DNA from: Basidiobolus meristosporus CBS 931.73
Taxonomy: Eukaryota; Fungi; Basidiobolomycota
DNA length: 64,000 nt
Assembly (NCBI GenBank): GCA_002104905.1
Contig: MCFE01000035.1
Coordinates: forward strand, 62,001 to 126,000
Reading direction: 5' to 3'
The notes beneath the pieces were generated by a model that worked only from the letters and a program-made list of their open reading frames with translations, searched no databases and was not told where the DNA came from. Every line of letters begins with the position of its first letter. The stretch's first letter is position 1. Shown piece by piece: positions 10,129 through 22,890 of the stretch. Position numbers and translations under genes: made by a program.

Positions 10129-13100
10129 TGCTATGATCTACTGCTTGGGTGTTTAAGTTAGATCAGTTTTCAGTCAATCAACTAGTAATATGTCTAGCTC
10201 ATCAGTATATTAGTATTATTTATCAAGTCAATAGTATTAGTCAGCAGATCCTTACCAGACAGAAATAGATATATTAAATACAATCTATTTGGGTAATGAT
10301 GATGCAATCAAATGAGACATCAGCTACAACCTACACTAGGAACTACAATAAGCCAGCAATTGATCTAGCAAAATGCAAATATGGGGCTACTAGAACCTCA
10401 ATAAAAGTCAACTCAAGTTTTAGTGATTACAACACTAGCTGATCTCCCTATTCCTCTACATTGCTTACATTGTGACTTGTAGCATTGGTTGTATGGCCCA
10501 GAGTCAGCTAGACCCTATCAAGTGCAATGTTAGTGTGAAGGTCAAAAGGAACCCTGGTAGAGTCTGTGAAAGCCTAGGAAGTTTTTAAGGCCAAGGGAGT
10601 TGTGCCAGAAAGCCAGTTGCATTATTCAGTCTCTTACTTGGCAGATGCAGCTTTACAGCAATACCACAATATGAACAGGTCAGCTACCATGATAGGATGC
10701 TCTACAAGCTCTATATGGGATGTGTTTATGTCCAAAATTCAGGATACTCAGAAACCCCCACACCAGTAAATATTACTTATAAGGATACTGAAGAGACTTA
10801 GACAGAAAGAGATGGCTCAATAGTACATCTTTGAATAAAGCTGTTTACTTGGATATTTTAAAAGAGTGGACCCGCTGGATCAAGTTGCATACTTTGTTGA
10901 TGGGTTAAATCAAAGAATTCTCAAGGAAGTGAATTATTGAAGACCTCAGACTATTGATAAGGCCATCAAGATTTTTATTGACTATAACTCCACCATTTTT
11001 GGAGTTGGAAAGTCTACATTGACTAATCAGAGAAGCTACAATTGCTATGAATGAAGACAATAAGAAGCAGAGCTCATGGAAATAGATGCCATACAGATAA
11101 TCTCATCTCAGAAGTATGTAAGAAGAAAGGACTTTGTTTCAGTTGCCACTGGCATGGGCACATCTCAAAATACTGCTCTCAGAAAAGACATGGGCACCAG
11201 AAAACAAGAGCCTTCAACTGCATTGAAGCCCAAAAACATAGTGAAGTGGATGATCAACTTGAAGGAGACCTAGAACTCACCTTCCATATCACCAAGGAAT
11301 ACATATCCCAGATGACCTCAGGCTTAGGTAAACTATTATAGTTGAATGGAGTAATCAATGAAGTATCAGCCAAGATCATGGTTGACTTAGGAGCATCACA
11401 AAATCACATTTCAGAACAATATGCCCTCAAAGCTGGAATCTATTTGCAACCTACTTAATAAAGTACAGTTTCAACAGCTGATGGGAATTCTCACATAATT
11501 AGCTGAATTACTCTGCCAGTAAGAGTGAAGATTGATGACTATGTAGAAGGCCTTTAGGCCAACAAATTTGGAAACTGCAAATTGGACCTGGAACTTGGCA
11601 AAACATGGCTATTCAACTGTAATCCATCAATCAAGTGGAGAACCCATGCCACTTGGGTCCAAAAAGGCAACCAGACCTAGGCGCTACAACCTGCCAGACT
11701 GGACTTCAACTTGGTTGGTTCCAAGAAATAACTTGCAAGGAAGTGAGCTATTGAAGACCTAATACTATTGATGAGGCCATCAAGATTTTCATTGACTATA
11801 ACTCCACCATTTTTGGAGTTGGAAAGTCTACATTGACTAATCAGAGAAGCTACAATTGCTATGAAAGAAGACAATAAGTAGCAGTGCCAATGGATATAGA
11901 TACTATACAGAGATTTTCAGCTCACAAGTATGTAAAAAGAAAAGACTTTGTTTCAGCTACCACTGGCATGGGCACATCTCAAAATACTATTTGCAGAGAA
12001 AAAATGGGCACCAGAAAACAAGAACCTTCAACTATATTGAAGCCCAAAACCAATAGTGAAGTGGATGATGAGCTTGAAGAAGACCTAGAACTCGCCTTCC
12101 ATATCACCAAAGAATACATATCCCAAATGACCTCAGGCTTAGGGAAACTATTATAGTTGAATGGAGTAATCAATGAAGTATCAGCCAAGATCATGATTGA
12201 CTTAGGATCATCACAAAATTAAATTTCAGAACAGTTTGCCTTCAAAGCTGGAATCAATTTGGAACCTACCCAAGCAACTTCAGTTTCAACAGCTGATGGC
12301 AATTCTCACCTATTTAGCTGTATTGAAGCAGCCATCCACATTGCTGTTGACTATGACACAGGTATGCTTGGAGTTGGGAAGCCTACAATGACTGATCAGA
12401 GAGGCTATAAGTACTATCAAAGAAGACAACCAGAAGCAGTGCCATTGGAAATAGATGCTATGCAGAAGACTCCCACCCGGGAAGAATGTGGGAAGAAAGG
12501 AGATTGCCTCAATTGCCACCAGCAAGGGCATATTGCAAAGTACTGCCCTCAGAGAGGAAATGGACACCTGTCAACAAGAACTTTAAACTCAATTGAAGCC
12601 CTCAATTGTACAAAACTTGGAGGAGGAACTTGAAGAAGACTCAAAACTCACTGTCCATATGACAGAAGAATACCTTTCCCAGATGACCTCAAACTCCAGA
12701 AAGTTATTATACTTCAACAAAGCAACCAATGTAGAACCTGTCAAGATGATAATTGACTCAGGTGCATCACATGAGTGCATGTCAAAGTAATTTTCCTTGC
12801 AAGCTGCAATTGACTCAGAATCCATCAACACAACATCAGCCTCAACAGCTGATGGGAACTCTCACACAATCAACCATATCACTCAGCCAGTTAGAATGAA
12901 GACCAATGGCTATGAAGAAGATCTACAGGCCTATATATTTGGGAACTACAAGTTTAGCCTTATACTTGAAAAACATGGCTATTCTGTTGTAACCCTTCAG
13001 TCAACTTGAGTACCCATGCTAATCAGATCTAGAAGGACAATAGGACCTATGAGCTATTACCTGCTGGACTGAATTGCAACTTGGTCAATGCCAGTGTGTG

Positions 13101-15479
13101 TGAAACAAGTGAACTTAGTAAGACACAGCTCTGTAGAGCACTAAAGAAAGGTACCCGCATGTTTCCCATGATGGTATTGGAGGAGGATTCCTCTACTCCA
13201 GCACTCCATAAGGTCCAGACATTTTGAAAGAATATTCAGATGTACTTCCAGGTGAGCTTATTAGCCTATCACTAATCAGAGATGTGGATTATGCCATTGA
13301 CTCAGGAGATAGCCCTTCAGTGAGTAATACACCTTACAGAATGAGTACACTGGAGTTGGAAGAAATGAAGAGACAAAACAATCAGCTATTGGAGCAAGGG
13401 TATATCAGACCCAGCAAGTCACCTTTGGGAGCACTGGAGTTTATTATGACAGAGAAGGATGGAGTAACTGGGATGTGTGTTGACTACAGAGTCCTCAACT
13501 CAGTTACCATGAAGAATAAGTACCCTATACCTTGGATTGATGAATTTATGGATCAACTGAATGGAGCTACTATATTTAACAATATTGACCTCATGTCAGC
13601 ATGCAACCAGATTAGAGTGAAACCAGAAGACATCCCTAAGACATCATTCAAGAGCAGATATGAGCATTACAGGTACTTACTCTCAAGTTTTGACCTTACC
13701 AATGCCCTTGCAACATTCATGAATTTGATTCAAACCATCTTCCAGGCATGCTTAGATAAGTTTGTGGTATTCAACCTAGATGGCATATCAATATACAGCA
13801 AGACAGAAGAGAACTGCTTGTTGCACATTGAAAACATCTTGAAAAAGCTCAGAGAGAACAAGCTGTATGGCAAGCTAGCAGAGTTTGAATTCTTGAAGGA
13901 GCATGTTGAATACCTAGGACTCATAGTGACTAGCACAGGTGCAACCTTAGACCCCAAGAGGCTTGAAGTCATCAGGAATCTGAAGCAGCCCCATAGCATA
14001 TTAGAACTCAGATCATTCCCTGGAGTGGCTTCCTATTTTGGAGATATCTCAAGTCCTTTGCAAGTATTGCAGCTCCTAGAGCTAATATTCTCAAATAAGA
14101 CAACACCATAAAGTGGCACATAACCTCTGAAACTGACTTTCAGATGCTCCAGAATGCACCAGTTAAGCCGCCAAGCTTAAGAATCCCAGACTTCAGAAAA
14201 GAGTTTGCTCTGTGCACAGATGCTTCAGACTATGCAATTAGTGGAGTGCTGAGCAAAGAACATAAGGGAAAGGACTACCTGCTTGCGCTTGAGTCCAAGA
14301 AGCTGAACTCAGCAGAACAATACTGCCCAGCTCATGCAAATGAGATGCTTGCCATAATGCACTGCTTGAAGACCTGGAGATGCTACATAGAAGGAGTCAA
14401 GTGCACTGTGAAGATGGCTCACACCTCACTTGAATATATATTTACTCAGAAGGTACTATCCAGAAGAATGACATGATATATCAAATATACTCAGCAATAT
14501 AGCTTGGAAATTGTCTACTGCCCTGGGAAAGCAACATGGTTGCTGATGCCTTATCAAGACTTTACCAAGTTGCACAACTCAACTTGATGCATGAATCAGA
14601 TTGGCCTAGCTCATTATCAAAGTTCTTGGAGGACCAGGCCATTCCTAATGAGGTGGATGAAGAGATCAAGAAGATAATTTGGGACAAAGTCAGCAGATTT
14701 GTAGTACCAGATGAAGCACTCTACAAAATTGTTGATAGAAGCCCTACTGCTTATTGCCTTTATATTGCTTGTCTGGATTTAATACAAAAGCCACTCAATG
14801 AATATGAACATCCAGGAATTGAAGAACCTATTGCCTTGTGAGAGCCTGAGCATAGTAGCCCAGAATCAAACAGATGTTGAGAAGCTAGTGAAAACATGAC
14901 CATATTGCCAATTCAACCAAGGCTAACCACAGATAATTGCTGAGCTCTTGCCCCTGAAGCCTGCAAGACCATTTGAGAGATGAGGAAGTGAGTATGATGC
15001 AAAACTGCCCATTATTAGGAGAAGCACCAATTGAATCCTAGTAGCAATTGACCATGCCACTAAATGGTCAGTGGCCAAAGCTGTACCTCTGGCCAGTGAA
15101 CAAGAAGGTGCAGGTTTCATCTGCCAAGCAATCCTTATGTAGGTTGGATGCCTTGTAGAGATTTTATCAATAGAGGTGCAAGCTATACAGCAGAGACATT
15201 GAAAGCTTACCAGGAAATGCAGCAGTTCAAACACTTGAAAACCTCAGCATATCATCTTAGAACTAATGTAGTTACTGAGCATCTGAATGGATTATTGGGA
15301 AAAATGCTGACCAAGTATGCAAATGGAGCTGCCAGTAAGTGGGATGAGTATATAGAACAAGTACTTTTTGTCTGCAGAGTTAGACTGCACAACACCACCC
15401 AGCAATTGCCATTTTACTTAGTTTATGCTTGTGAACAAATGATTCCAGGAGATCTCACTCAACCACAGCTTACAGATGC

Positions 15480-16000
15480 TGTTATGAATAGACACAAGGC
15501 AAGAGGAAAAGCTAGGCATGGCAGGAAAGGACTTAGGTGTGGACCATCAAGGCAAGGCAGGATTCAAGGCAAGGCAGTTTATTCAAGACCTGTGTTTATC
15601 AGACTGAGGAATACTTGAGAGGGGATAGGACTATATATACTTTTTGACTATACTGATGTCAAGAGAAATTAGCTAATACTAATGGGGTTGTGGGGTGAGG
15701 CACAGCAGCAGTGCTGGGGATAATAACATAGATGACATGGCACTCACACCAGATGGGGAAATGGGTTGAGTCACCTGATCATGTGACTAAGTCATGTGAC
15801 CTGGTACTTCCATATATGGTACTGACATATGAAAAATACAATGGGAAGCTTCCATGGAATGTTCCATTGTGTAACAATGGTTTGGAATGGACAGGAACTT
15901 TCTGGAAGGTGGTAGAAGGTTCCAGAAGGAATCTCTTAGAAATTGAGCTAGGAAGCTGAAACTTGGCATGGGTGTTCATGATAGTCATGGGATCATGACA
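15480..16000. mobile_element. Solo LTR (521 bp) of a different retrotransposon family
   Basis: TGTTATG...TCATGACA flanked by a perfect 5-bp TSD GATGC (15475-15479 and 16001-16005). Removing it restores the integrase sequence homologous to element 1. Confidence 0.9.
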
Positions 16001-16080
16001 GATGCCTAAGAAGATGAAATCAGTCAGCCAAGTAGATACCAGAAGCTGGAACAAAGATGTCAAGAGGCACAGGCCATAGT

Positions 16081-16814
16081 AGACTTGTTCTGTTGGATAG
16101 TGCCACATTGAGCCATGAGTGCCAAATGATACCATAGTGTGCCAGAGAGGTCAAGTGAGCCTATACTTGGCCACAGAGTGTGAAACATAGCTCTGCATCT
16201 TCATGTAAAGTGGCTCCTGTGTTTCACCCATTGCGCAGGAGAAAATCCATTTTTTGACCTTTTTTTGTGGATCAATGTAGCTCAGGATGTGTAAGAGCAC
16301 AGGAGAACTGAAGATATGCATCTGGTACTCATTACCCATGGCACTCTGAATCTAGCTCCTGTAGCTTGTATCATGTCACAAAAATGAATGGCACTATCTT
16401 GGTCCACTGGTACTATCTGGCACTATATTTAAATATTAGCCCTAAAGTAAGATCTATACAAAGCACTTATAGTGCCAGATAGTACCAGTGGACCAAGAAA
16501 GTGCCATTCATTTTTGTGACATGATACAAGCTACAGGAGCTAGATTTAGAGTGCCATGGGTATTGAGTACCAGATGCATATCTTCAATCTGCTTGTGCTC
16601 TAATACATCCTGCACAACATTGATCCAAAAAAAAAGGTCAAAAAATGTATTTTCTCCAGCACAATGGGTGAAACACAGGGGCTGCTTTGCATGAAGATGC
16701 AGAGCTATGTTTCACACTCTGTGGCCAGGTAGAGGCTCAATTGGCCTCTCTGGCACACTATGGCATCATTTGGCACTCATGGCTCAATGTGGCACTATCC
16801 AATGGAACAAGTCT
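16081..16814. mobile_element. Foldback (fully palindromic) non-autonomous element of the Pangu-type family
   Basis: Arms 16081-16427 and 16468-16814 are near-perfect reverse complements around a 40-bp loop. Ends are AGACTTGTTC...GGAACAAGTCT and the TSD is AGT/AGT. Confidence 0.92.
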
Positions 16815-17083
16815 AGTATCTTAAAGTGTAGAAAAGAGGAAATAGGGATTAGATACGACTACATCACTAGAAACATTGACAGTTGGGAACTTTGTGTTGC
16901 CTAGTAATAACACTTGGCAGGAGCTTTAGCCACAATTGTTGGGACCTTTCAAGATCATCAGAAATCATCCATTTGCAACCTACCAACTGGTGGACAAACA
17001 AGGTAATATTCAGTAAGATTTTGCTCAAAGAGACATACTCAAGCTTACAAGACTTGCTGACAATACTGAACCATCAATATATT

Positions 17084-17294
17084 GGACTTGTTCCATCATT
17101 CCAGCTGATTGTAGTGCCCAATAGTGCCATAGCATGCCAGATGGTGCCTGATCATGCCACAGAGTGCTAGATGGCGCCATACAGTGCCAATTTGGGATCA
17201 AAATTGACATGCATATGACCCTAAAATATCAAATTAACAACTAAATATACAGCACTTTCTGGCACTATGATCAATGGCACAATGGAACAAGTCT
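17084..17294. mobile_element. 211-bp MITE of the Pangu-type family (copy 1)
   Basis: GGACTTGTTCC...GGAACAAGTCT with TSD ATT/ATT. Reverse complement of 33870-34080. Confidence 0.92.
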
Positions 17295-17720
17295 ATTGGT
17301 TTCACAAGAAAAGAGATTCAGGAGAACACTCTCAACTTTAGCACGGGAGGATGCTGTGATCTACTGCTTGAATGTTCAAGTTGGATCAGCTTTTAGACAA
17401 GTCAATTAGTTATATATTTAGCCTATCAGTGTATCAGTGTTATCCATCAAGTCAGTATTGTTAGTCTGCAAATGAATAAGCCAATCCTTATCTGACAGTA
17501 ATGGATATATTAAATTCAATCTAATTGGGTGATGATGATGGAATCAAATGACTCATCAGCCATAGCCTATTGTAGGAAATACAAGTAGTCAGCAGTCAAG
17601 CTGGCAAAATATATATAAGGAGCTGCCGGAACCTTAATGCTGATCAGCTTAAGTTTTGGTGGATACAATGCTGGCAGAACTCCCTATTCCTCTTCAATAC
17701 TTATACCAAAACTTGTAACA

Positions 17721-19905
17721 CTTTTGTACTGTTGCATATCAGTATGAATATTGATTGGAGCTTGTGAGAAGTACTTTGGGTGGCAGAGACTGTGTAAAAT
17801 CATGCCAATTGCTTCAAATTCCTCTGGTATTTCAGAAGGGCTCAATTAGCTGGAAATGCCTCATGAGCCATTTGGTCACTAATATAGTAGTATTGCTGAA
17901 AAGCAAATGTGTTACTCCCACTGGAAAGCTTTTGATCCAACAGATACCTGCTATCATTTGTATCTCTGGTTTCCAATTAATCACAAATTCCAGCCTATGG
18001 CTTAAAGCCTCAGAATACTGCTGCAATTGCATGCTGGCTTCCGTTCAATCTCTCTGTTGGAAGATAATGTTCTTAGTGTTTGTGTCTGGACAATAATCTT
18101 ATATGTGAGTTGTGAAGAAAATCCCCTGGATCTCACATATTCAACAGCAATGCTGTACATTATGGCCTGAAATGCCAGCTATCTTGCTGATGACTGCAGT
18201 ATCTTCAAGGCATATAATGATATGTACTTTAATATGATGCTATTCAGCATTATCTTGCGCAAAAGCCCACAACACGTATGCAGTAACAGATATATGTAGC
18301 TGTCCAGGTTGTGTGGTGGCTCAGGCCCAGATACTAGCATGATTACCATCCAATATCTGTCCTGATACTGCAGCATAGGTGGCTGCATTAGATTGATGAG
18401 AATCAATGGCCAGTAAGATTCTCTGCTAAAATACTTCTTAAATCAGAATCCATCAAGTGCCAGAGTAAATGTATAGTAATTCATACCCTCAAAGTAGCCC
18501 TTGCTTATTAGCTGTTTGGAATGTTTGCTAGCAATTACATTGGGCATGTTTGCACTGGATTGTTACTGAGTGCAGTGCTTTATAGCTTTACAGTATTTAT
18601 TGTACTGCATGAGCTTCATTAGACAGGCTATGAGTGGAATATATGCAAAGTGCCAATAATTTTTTCCTCCAATGGTGGTGCATTCCTGACAAGTTTATCA
18701 CATTGCTATGGTGGCATTTTCTGATAAGAATGCTGTGCAACTGCTAACACAAGCTGATATCATGATGGTCTCTGGGTTGTATGCTACTAGCCACATGATG
18801 GTTGTCTGTTTGTAGCATGTACAAGTTAAATAGCATCCTGAAATGATTTTGGCAAGGAGAAGTAGTCAGTCCTCAAAGTTCCCATTACTGATATTTGTGG
18901 AAACATGCCACTTCTGTAGCCACAAAATCACATCACTCACCTGTAGTTGAATTACTGGGCTTACTTGGCTCCATAAAGTATCCTTGATACTTTTTTACAT
19001 AGGTGTTGTCTCAATGCATAACAGCATACGGCCAGGCTCATGCAGGGTACTGTAGTTAGAGAAGATAAGCTCACAATCAAACAGTGAGCCTACTTCTCAG
19101 AGCTATCACTTGTGGTGCCATATTTAGATGGCTGAGATGAGCCTAAAGATGACACTACCTCAGCTGACTTGGTTTGTGCAAGTTGATAATTATGGCTTGG
19201 TGTCAATATAAAAGTATCAAGTAGCTAGCATGACTTTGTCAGCACAGCAGTGGCTGACAAATAGTCAAACATGGCTTGTGTGGCAAAACACTGTCAATAA
19301 TCTTTGTAATACTTCAAATGCTATCTGTATAGTTTATGAGTGAGAGGCTTATTACAATAGCCACTTGGTCTCTTCTCTCTTCTCCTTCAGCATTGAATAA
19401 AGGTTGTCTACACCATAGGGCAAGCAGTTTTACACTCAGCAATTTAACACTGTGAAATTACTTTTTTGTGATTATACATGTGGATTTAAGTCAGTCTTGT
19501 ATTTGAGACATGTACCTACATGAATGTAAGATTCAAAGATGACCTGTCATAGTACACATTATAAATAAAGCTGTGGCATTACATGCAAACACATATGTAA
19601 CACTATTTCCCCTTTAGCCTTACCCACTTCCATATATATGCCTCCAAAATATAGTACAAAGTTATCTGGTTTCCAACCAAACCCCATTGCTAACAGCAGT
19701 AGAAGAACAATTGGACAACAGCTAGCTTTGACATTCAACATAACAGGCAGGGCTATATCCAAAACAGACCATGTGGTCAGTGTGCATGCTAAAGGTAATA
19801 ATGTGGATATCTCAGGCTGCTGCTCTAAAGGGAAAAAGAGGATCTTTGCAGAGCTGCAAGCCAACCATAGTGCTCAGGCTGATGACCCTATCTTGGACCA
19901 TTGGT
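17721..19905. mobile_element. Decayed CACTA-like copy 2: transposase on minus (~19560 to 17721) and ORF2 5' part on plus (19638-19900)
   Basis: Minus strand reads ILINLMQPP...LVSGPEPPHNLDSYIYLLL and EDTAVISKIAGISGHNVQHCC*ICEIQG (Tnp2 motifs). Confidence 0.8.
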
Positions 19906-20308
19906 GCTATCTGGCACTATTCTTTAAAGTTAGCCCTGGAATAAAGTCAATACAAAGCACTTGTAATGCTAGGTAGTATCAATGGCTCGAGATAGTGCCA
20001 TGTATTTTTGGTGCATGTTACAAGCCTCTGGAGCTGGATTCCAAGTGCCATTGGCAGTGAGAACCAAATACATGTCTTCAGTCCTTCTGTGCTCTTGCAA
20101 CTCATGTACAACATTGATCTCAAAAAAGAGGTCAAAAATTTGATTTTCTCCAGAAGAGTTGGTGAAATACAAGGACTGCTTTGCAGGTAGATGGAGATCT
20201 ATGCTTCATGCTCTGCAGCCAAGTATAGGTCTGCTTAGCCTCACTAGCACACTGCAGTATTATTTGACACTCATGGCTCAATATAGTTCTAACCAACCAA
20301 ACAAGTCT
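19905..20308. mobile_element. Truncated foldback copy (loop plus right arm only)
   Basis: Homologous to 16405-16814. Ends ...AAACAAGTCT followed by ATT. Confidence 0.8.
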
Positions 20309-20311
20309 ATT

Positions 20312-22890
20312 TTGCTATTTTCTCCTACATAATTTCCTCTGTATATATCTGCCAATATGCTGAAGCTCTTTAGGCATCCAAATATATGCTCTACTCAAAA
20401 TAAGAAGTGATTAAATATTTCACTGTAAGGCTTCCACTTCCAGCTATGTATACCATTCCTTGACTTCCTATAGTCTGTAATACATCATAATCTCTGACAA
20501 TCCTCTCATATGTTAGTTAAGTCTACCTTATATTTCTCCCCTAGACTGAATTTTGTATGATTCTTGACTTAGAGTACTCTGTCATGCCTACTTCCTGCAA
20601 ATGACCCCCTAAACCAGCTGATGTTACCCACAATGTCAGGCAGTGCTTAAACTAAACAGTGTGCCTTATAGCTACCAGAATAAGAGTGCCTCTGCCCTCT
20701 AGAGGGCCTGTTATTAATATCTGGGAAGAAATTCAAAATACTCATGATATGGAATCTATTGCTGTGCACTCTAGGATCTGAACATATATTGGAGCTTCTG
20801 AAATAGTATTCCAAGCTTGTGCAAGATCATTCATACCCTCTGCAAGGTAGTTCTCCATTGCTGTTAGCAGAGAACAAAAGCACCCAAAACTTTTGTTGCC
20901 ATGAAAAAGGGAAGAAACTTTGTAGGGCAATAGTTCTTACAACAGCATAGAAGCTTCACAAGGGATCCACTTAAGTATGCTGGGTTAGATGGTACAAAGT
21001 ACTTGGTATAGGTCTCTTCTAATCTTCTAAAAGTAAATTCAGTGGTAGTGATGGGATTTTTGGGAAATGACCATTCAGATGAGTTGGTCACTGTAGGATT
21101 GGTAGGTGATCAGATAAATGTGATTCAAATAGAGTTGGCACAGTTGGTGCAATTTGTCTGATTTTCCATGCAATAATTCAATCTCCATCAAGTGCCATGT
21201 ATCCCATCATTATGTTGCAAAAGCATCTGCATACAATGACATAGTGATTTTATCAATGATTTGCCCAAAATTCTATTATCAAATAGGAAACCTGCAACAG
21301 ATTTGATATGATCCATATCAATGAGCTCCAAGATGCATCATCCATAATGTATGGAACACTTAATAGTTACATTGCTTTTCATATGTATTTCATATAAGAC
21401 CTGGTTGATGCCAATACACTGCTCTTTAAGTATCCATATCCTTCATTATGGTCCCTATACCAAATCTCAGCTTATCTTTAATACAGCCCAGACAAAACAC
21501 ATCCCCCAACCCTCCTGTGTTGTACAGCCCAGAAAAATAGAGTGTTGGCACTGTATGAGTACCTGCAAAATGATTTCAGTATGGCCCAAGTGCCCATGAT
21601 GAGCCTTCATATAGATATTTGAGCGCTAATCTCTGATCTAGCAGAGCCAGATACCTCTGAGAGGCAACAGATATGGAAGAACTTGAGCAGAAAGCTGTGG
21701 CATAAGTTCTACATCAATATGCCAGCAGATGTTTGTAAGAACATATATAATCAGGTATGTATTGAAGTCAAGAATGAGCTCAGAGTCAGGGGATTTGATG
21801 AGGAAGCTGTGTGCAAACAATTCTGCATGCAATATGTGCAGTATGGGCCAGACACATCCCTAAATATCTAAACTGTGGGAACCAAGTAGATTTTGAATGC
21901 ATTTTTGCTTCAAATGACTGATGTACAGCATAATATTTCTCTAGTGTTAAGTTGATTCCAGGGGCATTATGCATAGGACTCATCAAGGCAGCAGTTCCAA
22001 ATATCACACAGTGGGTAAGTAAATACCATAAGGAATAATAAGGTGAGCTTTGGGGAAAGAATACAAACCATGGGCAACTGCATGTAGATTGTGCCAGCAT
22101 ACCTTGTTGGATTTGTCACAATCCCTTGCAATGCAGAGATGCCAGTGCATATCAGTTCAGTCTATGCCAAAAACCTCCACAGGAGTGCTACACACTGGGT
22201 CAATTTGCATTGGTTCAATATATGTAGCTTAGAGCAAGACTACTAGAGCTTGCCAAACTGCTCAATTATACAAAGGTCTATTAGAAAAGGCCAAGTCATT
22301 TCAGCATGTGACATCACATCAAACTCAGCCAAGGATCATGCCAACACATCACGTTGTGCCTGCATGTGCTGTTACACCTGGCCATCAGCAAGTTACTTCT
22401 TGCAAACTTACTGGCAATGGCACACTGGAAGTCCCAGCACCACAGGAGCCTATGGCAAGTAAAAGCATTTGTCTGCACATAGGACTTCAGACCAGTTCTG
22501 TAAGATCATTGGGGGCAATTCTGCACAGAGAAGCTCCAGCACTGCACTCACCAACTAGGAGGCAAAATACTAACTATGAGCTCATAAGCTGCCAAGATGA
22601 TAGTCAAGAAGGGAATATTCTAGGTCTGCAAAGTGAATTACTACCAAATACCATAGTACTAATCCCTGAGATAAAAGACCTTAGGAGATTATAATATAAC
22701 TGCATTGAATTGCCATCATTTGTCATGATCCAACATTGCATTTGTTGTAGTGCAAATTGTGCCATTGCAATCCAATGATCACTATATTTTTGAAATAAGT
22801 AATATCAAGGATGTCTCACAGTTCAGACCATACCCCTATAAATAAACACCCTGCATACATATATATCATCTGTTACACTAGTGCAGCTAT
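20312..22890. mobile_element. Decayed Pangu-type copy A (transposase on minus ~20312-21150; ORF2 on plus ~21400-22694), no termini
   Basis: Reverse-complement homolog of 26040-28640, e.g. AMENYLAEGMNDL and SRKLWHKFYINMPADVCK. Confidence 0.87.

Larger units (their letters stand above)
10129..17720 (+). mobile_element. Decayed, probably chimeric Ty3/Gypsy element 2 (same family as element 1) carrying three nested insertions
   Basis: LTRs at 10129-10484 and 17352-17720. Gag/PR block present three times (~10900-13100), RT 13224-14111, RNase H 14144-14530, integrase 14540-17340 interrupted at 15480, 16081 and 17084. No matching TSD (AGAAA vs CTTTT). Confidence 0.9.

Noticed and set aside
10120-17730. 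TSD for Ty3 element 2
   Set aside because: The flanks AGAAA and CTTTT do not match and belong to different host elements, so no TSD is called.
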